NCBI GenBank assembly: GCA_002313325.1
Contig: DCBE01000019.1
Coordinates: 1 to 57,220 of the forward strand
DNA from: Flavobacteriaceae bacterium UBA1115
GTDB lineage: Bacteria > Bacteroidota > Bacteroidia > Flavobacteriales > Flavobacteriaceae
Direction: 5' to 3'
Length of the DNA: 57,220 bases
This document shows positions 37,450 to 47,453 of this stretch, piece after piece (the stretch's first letter is position 1; each line of letters starts with the position of its first letter). The notes under the pieces were generated by a model. It made no database searches. It worked only from the letters and a program-made list of their open reading frames with translations, and was not told where the DNA came from. Position numbers and translations under genes: made by a program.

Positions 37450-39834
37450 TTATTCTGCTTCTTTCTTGGGCAAAATTTGAAATTTGGGTTCTTTTAATGT
37501 GTTCTTGTTTGCAATCTTCTTTTCTAGCGAAAGCAACAATGACGGCAATAGAATAAGATTGGCCAACATGGCAAACAACAGCGTAGCCGAAACTAATCCG
37601 CCCAGCGCTACCGTACCTCCGTAACTGGAAATCATAAACACGGAAAACCCAAACAACAATACTATAGAGGTGTAGAACATGCTAACGCCTGTTTCGCGCA
37701 AGGCGCTATAAACCGACTTTTTAATGTTCCAGCGGGTCGCTTTGAGCTCTTGTCGATACTTCACCAAAAAGTGGATGGTGTCATCAACCGATATACCAAA
37801 GGCAACACTAAACACCAAAATGGTAGAGGGTTTTATCGCAATACCCAAAAAGCCCATCATTCCAGCTGTTAGGATTAGCGGGATAACATTGGGCAGCAGC
37901 GAAATAAGAATCATGCGGAACGAACGAAACATATACGCCATAAACAGCGCAATCAACAAAATGGCAAGCCCCAAAGAAACAACCAAGTTGCGAACTAAAA
38001 AGCGTGTTCCTTTAAGATAGCCCAAGGATTTTCCAGTGATGGAAACATTAAATCGGTCAGCGGCAAAATGCTTGTCTATGCTCTTTTTCACTTCCATTTC
38101 AATGGCTTCCATACGTTCTGTAGTAACGTCTTGCAGCATAACGGTTACGCGCGCAAATTGCTCTGTTGGGTCTACCAAGCTTTTAAGGAAATTCACTTCT
38201 CCTTTTAGGTTTTTTGCGTATGCTCTAATAAAATAATCTTGCTGTCTTGTTGGCAATTGAAAGTACTTGGGATTCCCATTGTAGTAAGACTGCTTTAAAT
38301 ACTTTGCCACGGATACAGCCGAAACGGGGTTGGAGAGCTCGGGAATTCCTAGCAAGTCGCTTTCTAGTTTGTTCATGCGATTAAGTGTGCTTAGGCGTGT
38401 TGCGCCATTTGCCCGCTTGGTATCTATCATGATTTCAATGGGCATAACTCCATTAAAATGGGTTTCAAAGAACCGAATATCTTGATAGAAATCTGCTTTT
38501 TTGGGCATGTCGTCAATGATGGTTCCTGACAAACGAATCTCATAAATTCCAACGATGCTAAGCATCAGGGCAAAAACCGAAATAAAATAAACGGACACCC
38601 TTCGATGCTTTACCATTCGTTCCATCCATTTGACAAAACCAGACATCCATTCTCTGTTAAGGTGTTCCAAATGTTTTTTATTTGGAATGGACATAAAGCT
38701 GTAAATGATGGGAATCATCAACAAAGACAGCAAGAATATCATCATGATGTTTATGGAAGCTACGATACCAAACTCACGCAATAAACTGCTATTGGTAAGC
38801 GTAAAAGTTGCAAAGCCGCATGCCGTAGTCATGTTGGTCATCAGCGTAGCGTTACCAACTTTGGAGATAACACGCTGAAGCGAGCGCGCCTGATTTCCGT
38901 GTTTCTTAATTTCGTTTTGATATTTATTGATTAGGAAAATGCAATTGGGTACGCCAATGACAATGATGATGGGCGGAATAAGTGCCGTGAGTACGGTAAT
39001 TTCAAAGCCCAATAATCCGATAATCCCAAAGGCCCACATAACCCCAATCACTACGATGGACATTGAGATAAATGTAGCCCTGTATGACCTAAAGAAAAAA
39101 AAGAAAATTAGAGTGGTTACCAGTGTAGCCATAAGTACAAACAACCCTATTTCGTCCAATATCATTTTGGCGTTTAGTGTGCGTATGTATGGCATGCCCG
39201 ACACGCGGATATCAAGCCCCGTTTGTTTTTCAAATGTGGCAACGCTACCTGCAAGCAAGTTATCTACAAATTGCTGACGTGCCCCGCTATTAACCACTGC
39301 TGTTTTTAGGTAAACTGCTGTTTGAATAACTCCCGTTTCTTGATTAAAAAGAAGGCCGTCATAAAGCGGTTGTTGTTTATAGAGCCATTCCTTTAGGGCG
39401 TATGCTTCTGCTTGGGTCTTAGGCTGTTGGTATGGCAAGGGTGCAATCTCAAAGACTTTTTTTGTGTCGTTGCGCTTGAGTTGGGTAAGCCTACTTATAT
39501 CAACCACATTTTTAGTACTTGGAGATGCCGCTAAACTATCGCCTAGCGCAGCCCATGCGGATAATTTTTCAGGCTCAAAAAACGCCTCGTCTTGCACGGC
39601 AAGTACGATCAGGTTTCCTTCTTCGCCAAAGCGATCTAGGAATTCCTGATAAAAGGTATTAAACGGATGATTGTCGGGAAGTAGGTTGGCTTCAGTAAAG
39701 CTAAAACGGATGTTGCTCCACTGTGTGGAGAGCAAAAATGTTGTACCCAAAATGGCCAGCAAAAAAACAATACGATTGCGGAGGATAAGTCGCGCCACGC
39801 TTTCCCAAAAGCGTGTGTTAATCCATTTTATCAT
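37450..39834 (-). CDS. RND-superfamily exporter (MMPL/COG1033-like, two SSD-type 6-TM bundles)
   Basis: 794 aa with duplicated architecture: a large periplasmic loop plus a TM cluster, twice. Confidence 0.7.
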   Translation of the reverse strand: MIKWINTRFWESVARLILRNRIVFLLAILGTTFLLSTQWSNIRFSFTEANLLPDNHPFNTFYQEFLDRFGEEGNLIVLAVQDEAFFEPEKLSAWAALGDSLAASPSTKNVVDISRLTQLKRNDTKKVFEIAPLPYQQPKTQAEAYALKEWLYKQQPLYDGLLFNQETGVIQTAVYLKTAVVNSGARQQFVDNLLAGSVATFEKQTGLDIRVSGMPYIRTLNAKMILDEIGLFVLMATLVTTLIFFFFFRSYRATFISMSIVVIGVMWAFGIIGLLGFEITVLTALIPPIIIVIGVPNCIFLINKYQNEIKKHGNQARSLQRVISKVGNATLMTNMTTACGFATFTLTNSSLLREFGIVASINIMMIFLLSLLMIPIIYSFMSIPNKKHLEHLNREWMSGFVKWMERMVKHRRVSVYFISVFALMLSIVGIYEIRLSGTIIDDMPKKADFYQDIRFFETHFNGVMPIEIMIDTKRANGATRLSTLNRMNKLESDLLGIPELSNPVSAVSVAKYLKQSYYNGNPKYFQLPTRQQDYFIRAYAKNLKGEVNFLKSLVDPTEQFARVTVMLQDVTTERMEAIEMEVKKSIDKHFAADRFNVSITGKSLGYLKGTRFLVRNLVVSLGLAILLIALFMAYMFRSFRMILISLLPNVIPLILTAGMMGFLGIAIKPSTILVFSVAFGISVDDTIHFLVKYRQELKATRWNIKKSVYSALRETGVSMFYTSIVLLFGFSVFMISSYGGTVALGGLVSATLLFAMLANLILLPSLLLSLEKKIANKNTLKEPKFQILPKKEAE

Positions 39835-39858
39835 AGCAACTATGTGTTCATTAACTGC

Positions 39859-40410
39859 TTACACAGTCATGATTTCTTTTTCTTTTATCTGAAACCTATC
39901 GTCTATAAAGGCGATAAATTTATCAGTAGCTTCCTGGACATCAACTTCAGCATTTATGAGTTCATCTTCGGAGAGTTCAAGTTTTTTCAGTTCTGCATTA
40001 GCCTCTTTTCGCGCACTGCGCACTCCGACTTTGGCGTGTTCTGCCTCCACTTTGGCGAGTTTTACCAATTCTCGGCGGCGTTCTTCAGTTAGTGGTGGAA
40101 TATTAATGATAACAGACTCTCCGTTGTTCATGGGGTTTAAACCCAAATTGGCCATCATAATTGCTTTTTCAATCTCGGGGATAAGTGCTTTCTCCCAGGG
40201 CTGAACAGAAAGGGTTTGGGCATCAGGGGTGTTTACGTTGGCTACTTGATTAAGTGGTGTTTGTGTTCCGTAATAATCTACTTTTACGGGAGATAGCATC
40301 ACAGGGTTGGCCTTACCGGCACGAATATTAATGAACGACTTGTCTAGGTGTTCTAGGGCTTTGTTCATGGCTTCTTCAGCCATTTCCAAAATAAGATTTA
40401 ATTCTTCCAT
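39859..40410 (-). CDS. frr: ribosome recycling factor
   Basis: 183 aa, conserved RRF sequence (RAGKANPVMLSPVKVDYYG, IPPLTEERRRELVK). Confidence 0.95.
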   Translation of the reverse strand: MEELNLILEMAEEAMNKALEHLDKSFINIRAGKANPVMLSPVKVDYYGTQTPLNQVANVNTPDAQTLSVQPWEKALIPEIEKAIMMANLGLNPMNNGESVIINIPPLTEERRRELVKLAKVEAEHAKVGVRSARKEANAELKKLELSEDELINAEVDVQEATDKFIAFIDDRFQIKEKEIMTV

Positions 40411-40413
40411 GAT

Positions 40414-41121
40414 TTAAAGATTTACCAATGTTCCAATGGACTCGCCCATAACTACTTTTTTGAGGTTCCCCGGTTTGTTCATGTCAAAAACAACAATGGG
40501 CAACTCGTTTTCATGACTGAGGGTAAAGGCAGTGGAGTCCATAACCTTTAATCCCTTGCTTAGCACGTCTTTAAAGGAAATGTTGTCAAATTTTTCAGCG
40601 GACTTATCTTTTTCTGGATCTGCCGTATAGATACCATCCACACGGGTTCCTTTTAGGATTACGTCGGCATTTACTTCAATGGCACGCAATACAGCTGCCG
40701 AATCCGTCGTAAAAAATGGATTTCCAGTACCTCCACCAAAGATGACCACACGTCCTTTTTCGAGGTGGCGTACGGCTCTCCGTTTGATATAGGGTTCTGC
40801 TATTGCTTCAATTTTGATGGCGGTTTGTAGTCGGGTGGGTACTTCTGCATCTTCGAGAGCACTTTGCAATGCCATACCGTTGATACAGGTTGCTAACATG
40901 CCCATATAATCGCCTTGCACCCGATCCATACCATTACTAGCAGCTGAAACGCCCCTGAATATGTTTCCTCCTCCAATGACAATAGCAACTTCTACGCCTA
41001 GCGTAACAATCTCTTTGATGTCTTGGGCATATTCACTTAAGCGTTTTGGGTCAATGCCGTGGGTGCGGTCTCCCATGAGCGACTCGCCGCTAAGCTTTAA
41101 AAGTATTCGTTTGTATGGCAT
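40414..41121 (-). CDS. pyrH: UMP kinase
   Basis: 235 aa with [21 protein letters not shown] and TTDSAA motifs. Confidence 0.95.
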   Translation of the reverse strand: MPYKRILLKLSGESLMGDRTHGIDPKRLSEYAQDIKEIVTLGVEVAIVIGGGNIFRGVSAASNGMDRVQGDYMGMLATCINGMALQSALEDAEVPTRLQTAIKIEAIAEPYIKRRAVRHLEKGRVVIFGGGTGNPFFTTDSAAVLRAIEVNADVILKGTRVDGIYTADPEKDKSAEKFDNISFKDVLSKGLKVMDSTAFTLSHENELPIVVFDMNKPGNLKKVVMGESIGTLVNL

Positions 41122-41235
41122 GGAGTGTATTTATGCAAATATAAGAAGTTCAATGGTATAGATTCCTCCATAAAACAAAAACAAAAAAAGACACCCGTTT
41201 TGGAGGTTTTATTTGTTTTTAACAAAGGTTTAGGA

Positions 41236-42063
41236 CTAGCCTAGCGCCAGTCGCTTAAATCCTGTTATGATAAGATCAGCATGAACCGAGCTTACATAAG
41301 CCGAAACACTTTGTTTGCTGTCTTTGATATAGATTTGATTAACCAGCGTATTGTCTTTGAAGAAACGCTTGATTTTTCCTTTAGCAATATTATCGAGCAT
41401 GGCTTCGGGCTTGCCTTCTTTACGCAGTTGATCTTTAGCAATTTCAATTTCCTTTTCGATTACTGCAGCATCAACGCCATCTTCGTTAAGTGCGATTGGA
41501 TTCATCGCAGCAGCTTGCATGGCGACATTCTTGGCAGCTTCTGCAGCACCTTCCACCGCAGTAGAAAGACTAACGAGCGTGGCAATCTTATTTCCTGTGT
41601 GGATGTACGACCCTACAAAAGGCGCCTCCAAGCGTTCAAAACTACCAATTTCGATTTTTTCACCAATAACACCCGTTTGTTCCGTTAGCTTGTCGGCAAC
41701 GCTAAGGTCTCCCTCAAAGGTGGTTGCTAAAAAGGCATCTTTCGTCTCGTGCTCCAGTGCAATATCCGCCAGCTTATTGGCGAATTCTAGATAACTGTCG
41801 TTTTTGGCTACAAAGTCGGTTTCGCAATTGATCGACACGACAACACCTGCGGTTGCATCGCCGTTCACACGTGCGATTACAGCTCCTTCAGAGGAATCAC
41901 GGTCGGCGCGGTTAGCAGCAACCTTTTGTCCTTTTTTACGTAGTAACTCAATGGCGGATTCAAAGTCACCACCAGCTTCTACAAGTGCTTTTTTACAGTC
42001 CATCATACCTGCACCAGTGCTTTTGCGCAGTTTGTTTACTTCAGCAGCAGTAATTTTTGACAT
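41236..42063 (-). CDS. tsf: translation elongation factor Ts
   Basis: 275 aa with the UBA-like N terminus ITAAEVNKLRKSTGAGMMDCKKAL. Confidence 0.95.
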   Translation of the reverse strand: MSKITAAEVNKLRKSTGAGMMDCKKALVEAGGDFESAIELLRKKGQKVAANRADRDSSEGAVIARVNGDATAGVVVSINCETDFVAKNDSYLEFANKLADIALEHETKDAFLATTFEGDLSVADKLTEQTGVIGEKIEIGSFERLEAPFVGSYIHTGNKIATLVSLSTAVEGAAEAAKNVAMQAAAMNPIALNEDGVDAAVIEKEIEIAKDQLRKEGKPEAMLDNIAKGKIKRFFKDNTLVNQIYIKDSKQSVSAYVSSVHADLIITGFKRLALG

Positions 42064-42075
42064 AGTGTATTTTAT

Positions 42076-43116
42076 TTAGTTGTCTTCATCTGTTGGTTCT
42101 TCCGTTTCTACTTCAGGTGTACTTGCTTTTTTTGCCTTGGGCGCAGCTTTCTTTTTTGTTTTGGCTGCTGTTTTCTTCACCTTTGGCGCAGCTTTCTTTT
42201 TTGCTTTGGTAGTTGGCTTTGATTTAGCAGGTTTATCTACTGAGGTAGGTTTATATGCCTTAGCAGACTCAGCTTCTTCAGCAGCAGCCTCGACAACTTC
42301 CGCAGCAGTAGCTTCGACAGCTTCCTCAGCAACCGCCTCGACAGCTTCTTTAGCTGCAGCTTCCACAGTTGCAGTTAGCGCAACAACTTCACCTTCAGTT
42401 GCAGCGGCTTCAGCATCTGCTTTGTCTTTTTGCCGTTCCTTTAGTCCTTTGGCAACAGCCTCGGTAACCAAAGTCATGATTTTTTCAATAGATTTAGACG
42501 CATCGTCATTGGCTGGAATCACATAGTCAACCTCGCGTGGGTCTGCGTTGGTGTCCACCATAGCGAAAATCGGGATGTTCAATTTTTGTGCTTCTTTAAC
42601 GGCAATTTGCTCACGACGGATATCTACCACAAAAAGCGCACCCGGCAAACGCGTCATGTCCGAGATAGAGCCTAAGTTCTTTTCTAGCTTGGCACGTAAG
42701 CGATCTACTTGTAGTTTCTCCTTTTTGGAAAGAGTTTCGAAAGTACCGTCAGCTTTCATCTTATCAATGGCTGCCATTTTTTTTACCGCCTTACGGATAG
42801 TAACAAAGTTGGTCAGCATACCACCAGGCCAGCGTTCAGTGATGTATGGCATGTTTACGTTAGCTACTTTTTCAGAAACGATATCCTTTGCCTGTTTTTT
42901 GGTTGCAACGAATAAGATTTTACGACCAGACGCAGCGATTTTTGACAAGGCCTCGTTGGCTTCTTCGATTTTAGCAACCGATTTGTATAGGTTTATGATG
43001 TGAATCCCGTTGCGCTCCATATAAATATACGGGGCCATGTTGGGGTTCCATTTGCGGGTAAGGTGACCAAAATGCACTCCGGCATCCAATAGGTCTTTGA
43101 CTTCTATTTTGGACAT
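42076..43116 (-). CDS. rpsB: 30S ribosomal protein S2 with a 114-aa low-complexity C-terminal tail
   Basis: In the ORF 42076..43182, ATG 43116 (MSKIEVKDLLDAGVHFGH) matches canonical S2 N termini. The core ends around ...GLKERQKDK and the tail follows (see findings). Confidence 0.9.
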   Translation of the reverse strand: MSKIEVKDLLDAGVHFGHLTRKWNPNMAPYIYMERNGIHIINLYKSVAKIEEANEALSKIAASGRKILFVATKKQAKDIVSEKVANVNMPYITERWPGGMLTNFVTIRKAVKKMAAIDKMKADGTFETLSKKEKLQVDRLRAKLEKNLGSISDMTRLPGALFVVDIRREQIAVKEAQKLNIPIFAMVDTNADPREVDYVIPANDDASKSIEKIMTLVTEAVAKGLKERQKDKADAEAAATEGEVVALTATVEAAAKEAVEAVAEEAVEATAAEVVEAAAEEAESAKAYKPTSVDKPAKSKPTTKAKKKAAPKVKKTAAKTKKKAAPKAKKASTPEVETEEPTDEDN

Positions 43117-43256
43117 TGTTGTTAATAGTTTACGTTCCCTGATTAGCAATATACAAGTGGCGATATTGTCGGCCTTGGACATTTAGATGCTAAACTAATG
43201 GCAACAAATTAATGGTATTTAAATGAACTTGATGTTGCGCTATCACAACTGTAAGG

Positions 43257-43643
43257 TTAACGTTTAGAGAATTGGAATTTTTTTCTTGCCTTCTTTTGAC
43301 CGAACTTTTTACGCTCCACCATTCTTGGGTCACGTGTAAGTAGTCCTTCTGGCTTTAATACCAAACGGTGCTCTTCGTCAATAGCACAAAGCGATCTTGA
43401 AATAGCAAGGCGTATGGCCTCAGCTTGTCCGTTAGGCCCACCCCCTACAACAGTTGCATTCAGGTTATACTGTCCAGCTGTTCCTGTGAGCGCAAAGGGT
43501 TGATTTACTTTATATTGTAATGTGGCAGGTGCAAAATACACGGCCAATGGCTTTTTGTTTATCGTAATTTCACCTTTACCTTCAAAGATGTAAACACGTG
43601 CAATGGCTGTTTTACGACGACCAATTTTGTGTATAGTTTCCAT
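43257..43643 (-). CDS. rpsI: 30S ribosomal protein S9
   Basis: 128 aa with GRRKTAIARV and a C-terminal ...KKARKKFQFSKR. Confidence 0.95.
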   Translation of the reverse strand: METIHKIGRRKTAIARVYIFEGKGEITINKKPLAVYFAPATLQYKVNQPFALTGTAGQYNLNATVVGGGPNGQAEAIRLAISRSLCAIDEEHRLVLKPEGLLTRDPRMVERKKFGQKKARKKFQFSKR

Positions 43644-43644
43644 A

Positions 43645-44100
43645 TTAACTCAACTCGTTAATGTTTAATTTTTTTGGTTGTTGTCCGTCATGATCGTGCT
43701 CAGCACCTTCAACAACGTAAAGGTTTCGGAACAATTTAGCACCTAATTTGTTTTTTGGAAGCATACCCTTAATGGCTTTTTCAACAATACGTGTAGGGTC
43801 TTTTTCAAATAATTCTGTGGCACTAAGCGAACGCTGACCACCAGGATAACCTGTGTAACGAATATATGACTTGTCGGTCCATTTGTTACCAGTTAATTTA
43901 ATTTTTTCTGCATTGATTACAATGACATTGTCTCCACAGTCAACATGCGAGGTGAAACTTGGCTTGTATTTGCCACGCAATAGCTTGGCCACTTTTGATG
44001 AAAAGCGACCTAGAATCTGGTCGGCAGCATCAACAACTACCCACTGTTTATCAGCGTTTTGCTTGTTGATAGATATGGTTTTATAACTTAATGAGTCCAC
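43645..44100 (-). CDS. rplM: 50S ribosomal protein L13 (GTG start)
   Basis: 151 aa with KQWVVVDAADQILGR and VIVINAEKI motifs. The start codon is GTG. Confidence 0.95.
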   Translation of the reverse strand: MDSLSYKTISINKQNADKQWVVVDAADQILGRFSSKVAKLLRGKYKPSFTSHVDCGDNVIVINAEKIKLTGNKWTDKSYIRYTGYPGGQRSLSATELFEKDPTRIVEKAIKGMLPKNKLGAKLFRNLYVVEGAEHDHDGQQPKKLNINELS

Positions 44101-44156
44101 TAAATACGTCTTTGCTCGTTAGCGCCATGCAGGATTTTCCTCCGTTTGGCGGGCTG

Positions 44157-44164
44157 CAAATGTA
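44157..44164 (-). promoter_or_regulatory. -7 box TACATTTG (minus strand) upstream of rplM-rpsI
   Basis: The reverse complement of caaatgta is an exact TAnnTTTG match. It predicts a leader of about 50 nt. Confidence 0.35.
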
Positions 44165-44214
44165 CAAACTATCCCCAATAATGCAAACGCTATTTTTGGA
44201 TTTGTTTAAATGGC

Positions 44215-47016
44215 CTAATGTGCCTCCAGCCAGTTGTCTCCAATGCCCATATCAACCGTGAGTGGAACTTGTAGAGAATAAGCCGCTTCCATTTCGATTT
44301 TTACGAGTTGCCTCAATGCATCTAATTCCGACTTTGGGCATTCAAAAACCAATTCGTCATGGACTTGTAGTAGCATTTGTGCCTTAAAGTTTTCTTGTTG
44401 CATCTTGTCGTATATGCTAAGCATGGCAAGCTTGATGATATCCGCAGCACTTCCTTGGATGGGTGCATTGATTGCATTGCGCTCGGCGGCACTTCGCACA
44501 ATGGCATTGCGCGAATTGATGTCTTTCAAATAACGACGCCTGCCTAATAACGTAGCCACATAGCCGTGCTCACGTGCAAAGTCCACTTGTTGGCCCATAT
44601 AGGCTTTTAACTTTGGATAGCTTTCGTAATAGGCATCAATGAGCGCCTTGGAGTCCTTGCGACTAAGTGTTGTTTGATTACTAAGCCCAAAAGCCGATAC
44701 GCCATATATTATACCAAAATTGACCGTTTTGGCTTGACTTCTCTGTTCGCGGCTTACTTCTGCGAGTGGCACACCAAACACCTTGGCAGCCGTGGCAGCG
44801 TGAATGTCTTCGTTGTTGTTAAATGCCGCTAGCATACTGGGATCTTCACTCAGCGAGGCAATGATGCGCAATTCAATTTGTGAATAATCTGCAGCCATCA
44901 GCACATGCTCATCGTCTTTGGCCACAAAAGCCTTGCGCACCTGCCGACCTAGAGGCGTTCGAATGGGAATGTTTTGCAAATTGGGATGGTTGCTACTCAA
45001 GCGCCCTGTGACAGCAACAGCCTGATTATAAACCGTATGGACACGCTGGGTTTTTTCGTTTACGTCTTCTGGCAAAGCAGCTACGTAAGTGTTGTTGAGT
45101 TTTTGCAGGCTACGCCATTCCAAAATATCGGATACTATGGAATGATCTTTGGCAAGTGTAGATAGCACTTCTTCAGCTGTGGAATATTGTCCCGTTTTGG
45201 TTTTTTTAGGCTTGTCAACCAATTTAAGCTTATCGAATAAAATAGGCCCCAATTGCTTAGGCGATGCCAAATTAAAGGTCTCACCGGCTTGTTTAAAAAC
45301 ACGTTGCGCTAAGGCAGTAGCTTCTTGCTGTAAGACGTTGGACATTTCACTTAAATAAGGCACATCAATGCTTATGCCTGCTAACTCCATGGCGGCCAAC
45401 ACCCGAACCAAAGGCAGCTCTACCTTGTCTAGTAAAGCGCGTTGCTCGTTTTTACCAAGCTCCTTTTCGAAGTGCTCTTTTAGCTGCCAAGTAATGTCGG
45501 CGTCCTCGGCAGCGTATTCGGTTTGTTGGTCTATGGGCACATCGCGCATGGAACCTTGATTCTTCCCTTTTTTACCAATTAAATCTTTAATGGGTTTGGG
45601 GCGATACCCGAGATAGGTCTCTGCCAACACATCCATATTGTGACGCATATCTGGATTGATAATGTAGTGCGCGAGCATGGTATCAAATAATTTTCCCTTG
45701 ACCGAAATCCCGTGCTGCTGAATCACTTTGAGGTCATATTTGAGGTTTTGCCCTACTTTCTCAATGGCTTGATTCTCAAAAAAAGGCGTTAGGCTTTCAA
45801 GAATTGCTTTACGCGTTTCAGCATCTTCTGGAATAGGCACATAATATCCCGTGTGGGCTTGCCAGCTAAATGCGATGCCAACGAGCGATGCACTCACAGC
45901 GTCCAGTCCTGTGGTTTCCGTATCAAAGCATACACTTTTTTGTCGTAGCATGGTCTGCAACAACAGCTTACGCTCCAGTTCGGTTTGCACACATTGGTAG
46001 TGGTGTGGCACATTATCAAGTGATTTGAAAGTAGACAGGTTTTTAATTTGTCCACTGCCGGGTTGATTAAATAAATCAAAGGTGGCAGGAGCCGCTTTGG
46101 TCTCGGATTTGGTTACTTCAGGAGTGGCTTCGGCGGGCTTAAAAATTTTAATAAAAGTTTCGCCCAAACGTCTGAATTCCAATTCTTGAAACAGTTCACT
46201 GACAGTATACACATCAGGGTCTGATAGTTTATAATCGTTGGCATCAAACTGCACAGGCACGTCCAGCATAATACGGGCTAGTTTTTTAGACAACAGCCCA
46301 AGCTCTTTATTGGCTTCGATCTTTTTTTTCATTTTGCCTTTAAGATCAGCTGTATTGGCCAGCAACTCTTCCATGCTGCCGTATTGCGCAAGAAATTTTT
46401 TGGCGGTTTTATCACCAACACCAGGAAGCCCAGGAATATTGTCAACGGCATCGCCCATCATACCCAAATAATCAATGACTTGTTCGGGGTGTGTTATTTC
46501 AAATTTTTTTTGTACCTCGGGGACGCCCCAAATTTCGATGCCATTGCCCATGCGCGCAGGGCGATACATGAATATATTTTCGGACACCAACTGGGCAAAG
46601 TCCTTGTCTGGCGTGACCATAAATACCTCAAAAGATTCTTTTTCTGCTTGCTTGGCTAGCGTACCTATTATGTCATCGGCTTCAAATCCTTCAAGCTCAA
46701 TGATGGGAATGTTCAGGGCTTTGAGTAGTTGTTGTATATAGGGAACAGCAATCTTAATGGCCTCTGGCGTTTCTGATCGATTGGATTTATACTCAGAAAA
46801 AATATCGTTTCTAAATTTTGATCCTCCTTTATCAAATGCAACGGCCAGATGATCGGGGCGTTCTTTTTTGATTACATCAAAAAGGGAATTGGTAAAGCCC
46901 AATATGGCACTCGTGTCCATACCTTTGGAATTGATTCTGGGGTTTTTGATAAAAGCGTAATAACCACGGAAAATTAAAGCATAGGCATCTAAAAGGAAAA
47001 GGCGGTTTTTGGACAT
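44215..47016 (-). CDS. polA: DNA polymerase I (5'-3' exo, 3'-5' exo and polymerase domains)
   Basis: 933 aa with LLDAYALIFRGYYA (5' nuclease), CFDTETTGLD (ExoI), DYSQIELR (motif A) and QVHDELVFE (motif C). Confidence 0.95.
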   Translation of the reverse strand: MSKNRLFLLDAYALIFRGYYAFIKNPRINSKGMDTSAILGFTNSLFDVIKKERPDHLAVAFDKGGSKFRNDIFSEYKSNRSETPEAIKIAVPYIQQLLKALNIPIIELEGFEADDIIGTLAKQAEKESFEVFMVTPDKDFAQLVSENIFMYRPARMGNGIEIWGVPEVQKKFEITHPEQVIDYLGMMGDAVDNIPGLPGVGDKTAKKFLAQYGSMEELLANTADLKGKMKKKIEANKELGLLSKKLARIMLDVPVQFDANDYKLSDPDVYTVSELFQELEFRRLGETFIKIFKPAEATPEVTKSETKAAPATFDLFNQPGSGQIKNLSTFKSLDNVPHHYQCVQTELERKLLLQTMLRQKSVCFDTETTGLDAVSASLVGIAFSWQAHTGYYVPIPEDAETRKAILESLTPFFENQAIEKVGQNLKYDLKVIQQHGISVKGKLFDTMLAHYIINPDMRHNMDVLAETYLGYRPKPIKDLIGKKGKNQGSMRDVPIDQQTEYAAEDADITWQLKEHFEKELGKNEQRALLDKVELPLVRVLAAMELAGISIDVPYLSEMSNVLQQEATALAQRVFKQAGETFNLASPKQLGPILFDKLKLVDKPKKTKTGQYSTAEEVLSTLAKDHSIVSDILEWRSLQKLNNTYVAALPEDVNEKTQRVHTVYNQAVAVTGRLSSNHPNLQNIPIRTPLGRQVRKAFVAKDDEHVLMAADYSQIELRIIASLSEDPSMLAAFNNNEDIHAATAAKVFGVPLAEVSREQRSQAKTVNFGIIYGVSAFGLSNQTTLSRKDSKALIDAYYESYPKLKAYMGQQVDFAREHGYVATLLGRRRYLKDINSRNAIVRSAAERNAINAPIQGSAADIIKLAMLSIYDKMQQENFKAQMLLQVHDELVFECPKSELDALRQLVKIEMEAAYSLQVPLTVDMGIGDNWLEAH

Positions 47017-47129
47017 AGTTGTTTTTAAGCTGTGTTAAAAATAGAACTTATAAGTCGAAAGGGAAAAAGGAATTTTTAATAATAAAACCTTCAGATAACG
47101 TTTATATTCTTTGAGTTGTGGAAAAAATG

Positions 47130-47137
47130 TATTTTTG
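47130..47137 (+). promoter_or_regulatory. -7 box TATTTTTG upstream of the thioredoxin-like gene
   Basis: Exact TAnnTTTG match 19 nt upstream of ATG 47157. Confidence 0.35.
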
Positions 47138-47156
47138 AACAATCAAATAATCCATC

Positions 47157-47453
47157 ATGTCCAAGTTTGGAGAATTAATTGATGCTAATATTCCCCTTCT
47201 GTTGAGTTTTTATACCGACTGGAATGTCCCTTCTGTGCAAATGCATGCCGTGCTTCGGGATGTGGCAGCTGCCATGGGCGATAATGGGAAAGTAGTAAAA
47301 ATAGATGTTGACAAAAATCCCAAATTAGCCGAAGCCCTACGTGTCAAAGGACTACCTACGCTTATGATATACAAATCAGGAGAGATGGTTTGGCGCCAAA
47401 GCGGCGAACAAGATGCCAATACACTTATTAGTCTGATGAAAGATTTTGTCTAA
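47157..47453 (+). CDS. thioredoxin-fold protein lacking the CXXC active site
   Basis: 98 aa with Trx-like layout including the cis-Pro motif GLPTLMIY. The W-C-G-P-C position reads W-N-V-P-S (nt 47220-47234), and the protein has no Cys at all. Confidence 0.75.
   Translation: MSKFGELIDANIPLLLSFYTDWNVPSVQMHAVLRDVAAAMGDNGKVVKIDVDKNPKLAEALRVKGLPTLMIYKSGEMVWRQSGEQDANTLISLMKDFV

Noticed and set aside
41160-41235. An A/T-rich spacer after tsf (…acccgttttggaggttttatttgttttt…) that I examined for an intrinsic terminator.
   Set aside because: I could not draw a convincing stem. CCTCC/GGGTG are not complementary, and the only CCTCC/GGAGG pairing would need a loop of about 36 nt.
42080-42526. A 148-aa plus-strand ORF (Ala/Ser/Val-rich) antisense to the rpsB tail. 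Similar long antisense ORFs occur at 41281..41688, 41519..41794, 41804..42079, 42548..43003, 53342..53674 and 53750..54022.
   Set aside because: These are low-complexity mirror images of Ala/Glu/Lys-rich coding sequence in highly conserved genes (tsf, rpsB, infB), and no independent signal supports them.
44101-44156. The predicted rplM leader of about 50 nt, considered as a possible ribosomal-protein (L13) autoregulatory leader RNA.
   Set aside because: Only 4-bp stems with mismatches can be drawn by eye. There is no resemblance I can verify to known r-protein leaders without a covariance-model search (Rfam/Infernal would settle it).
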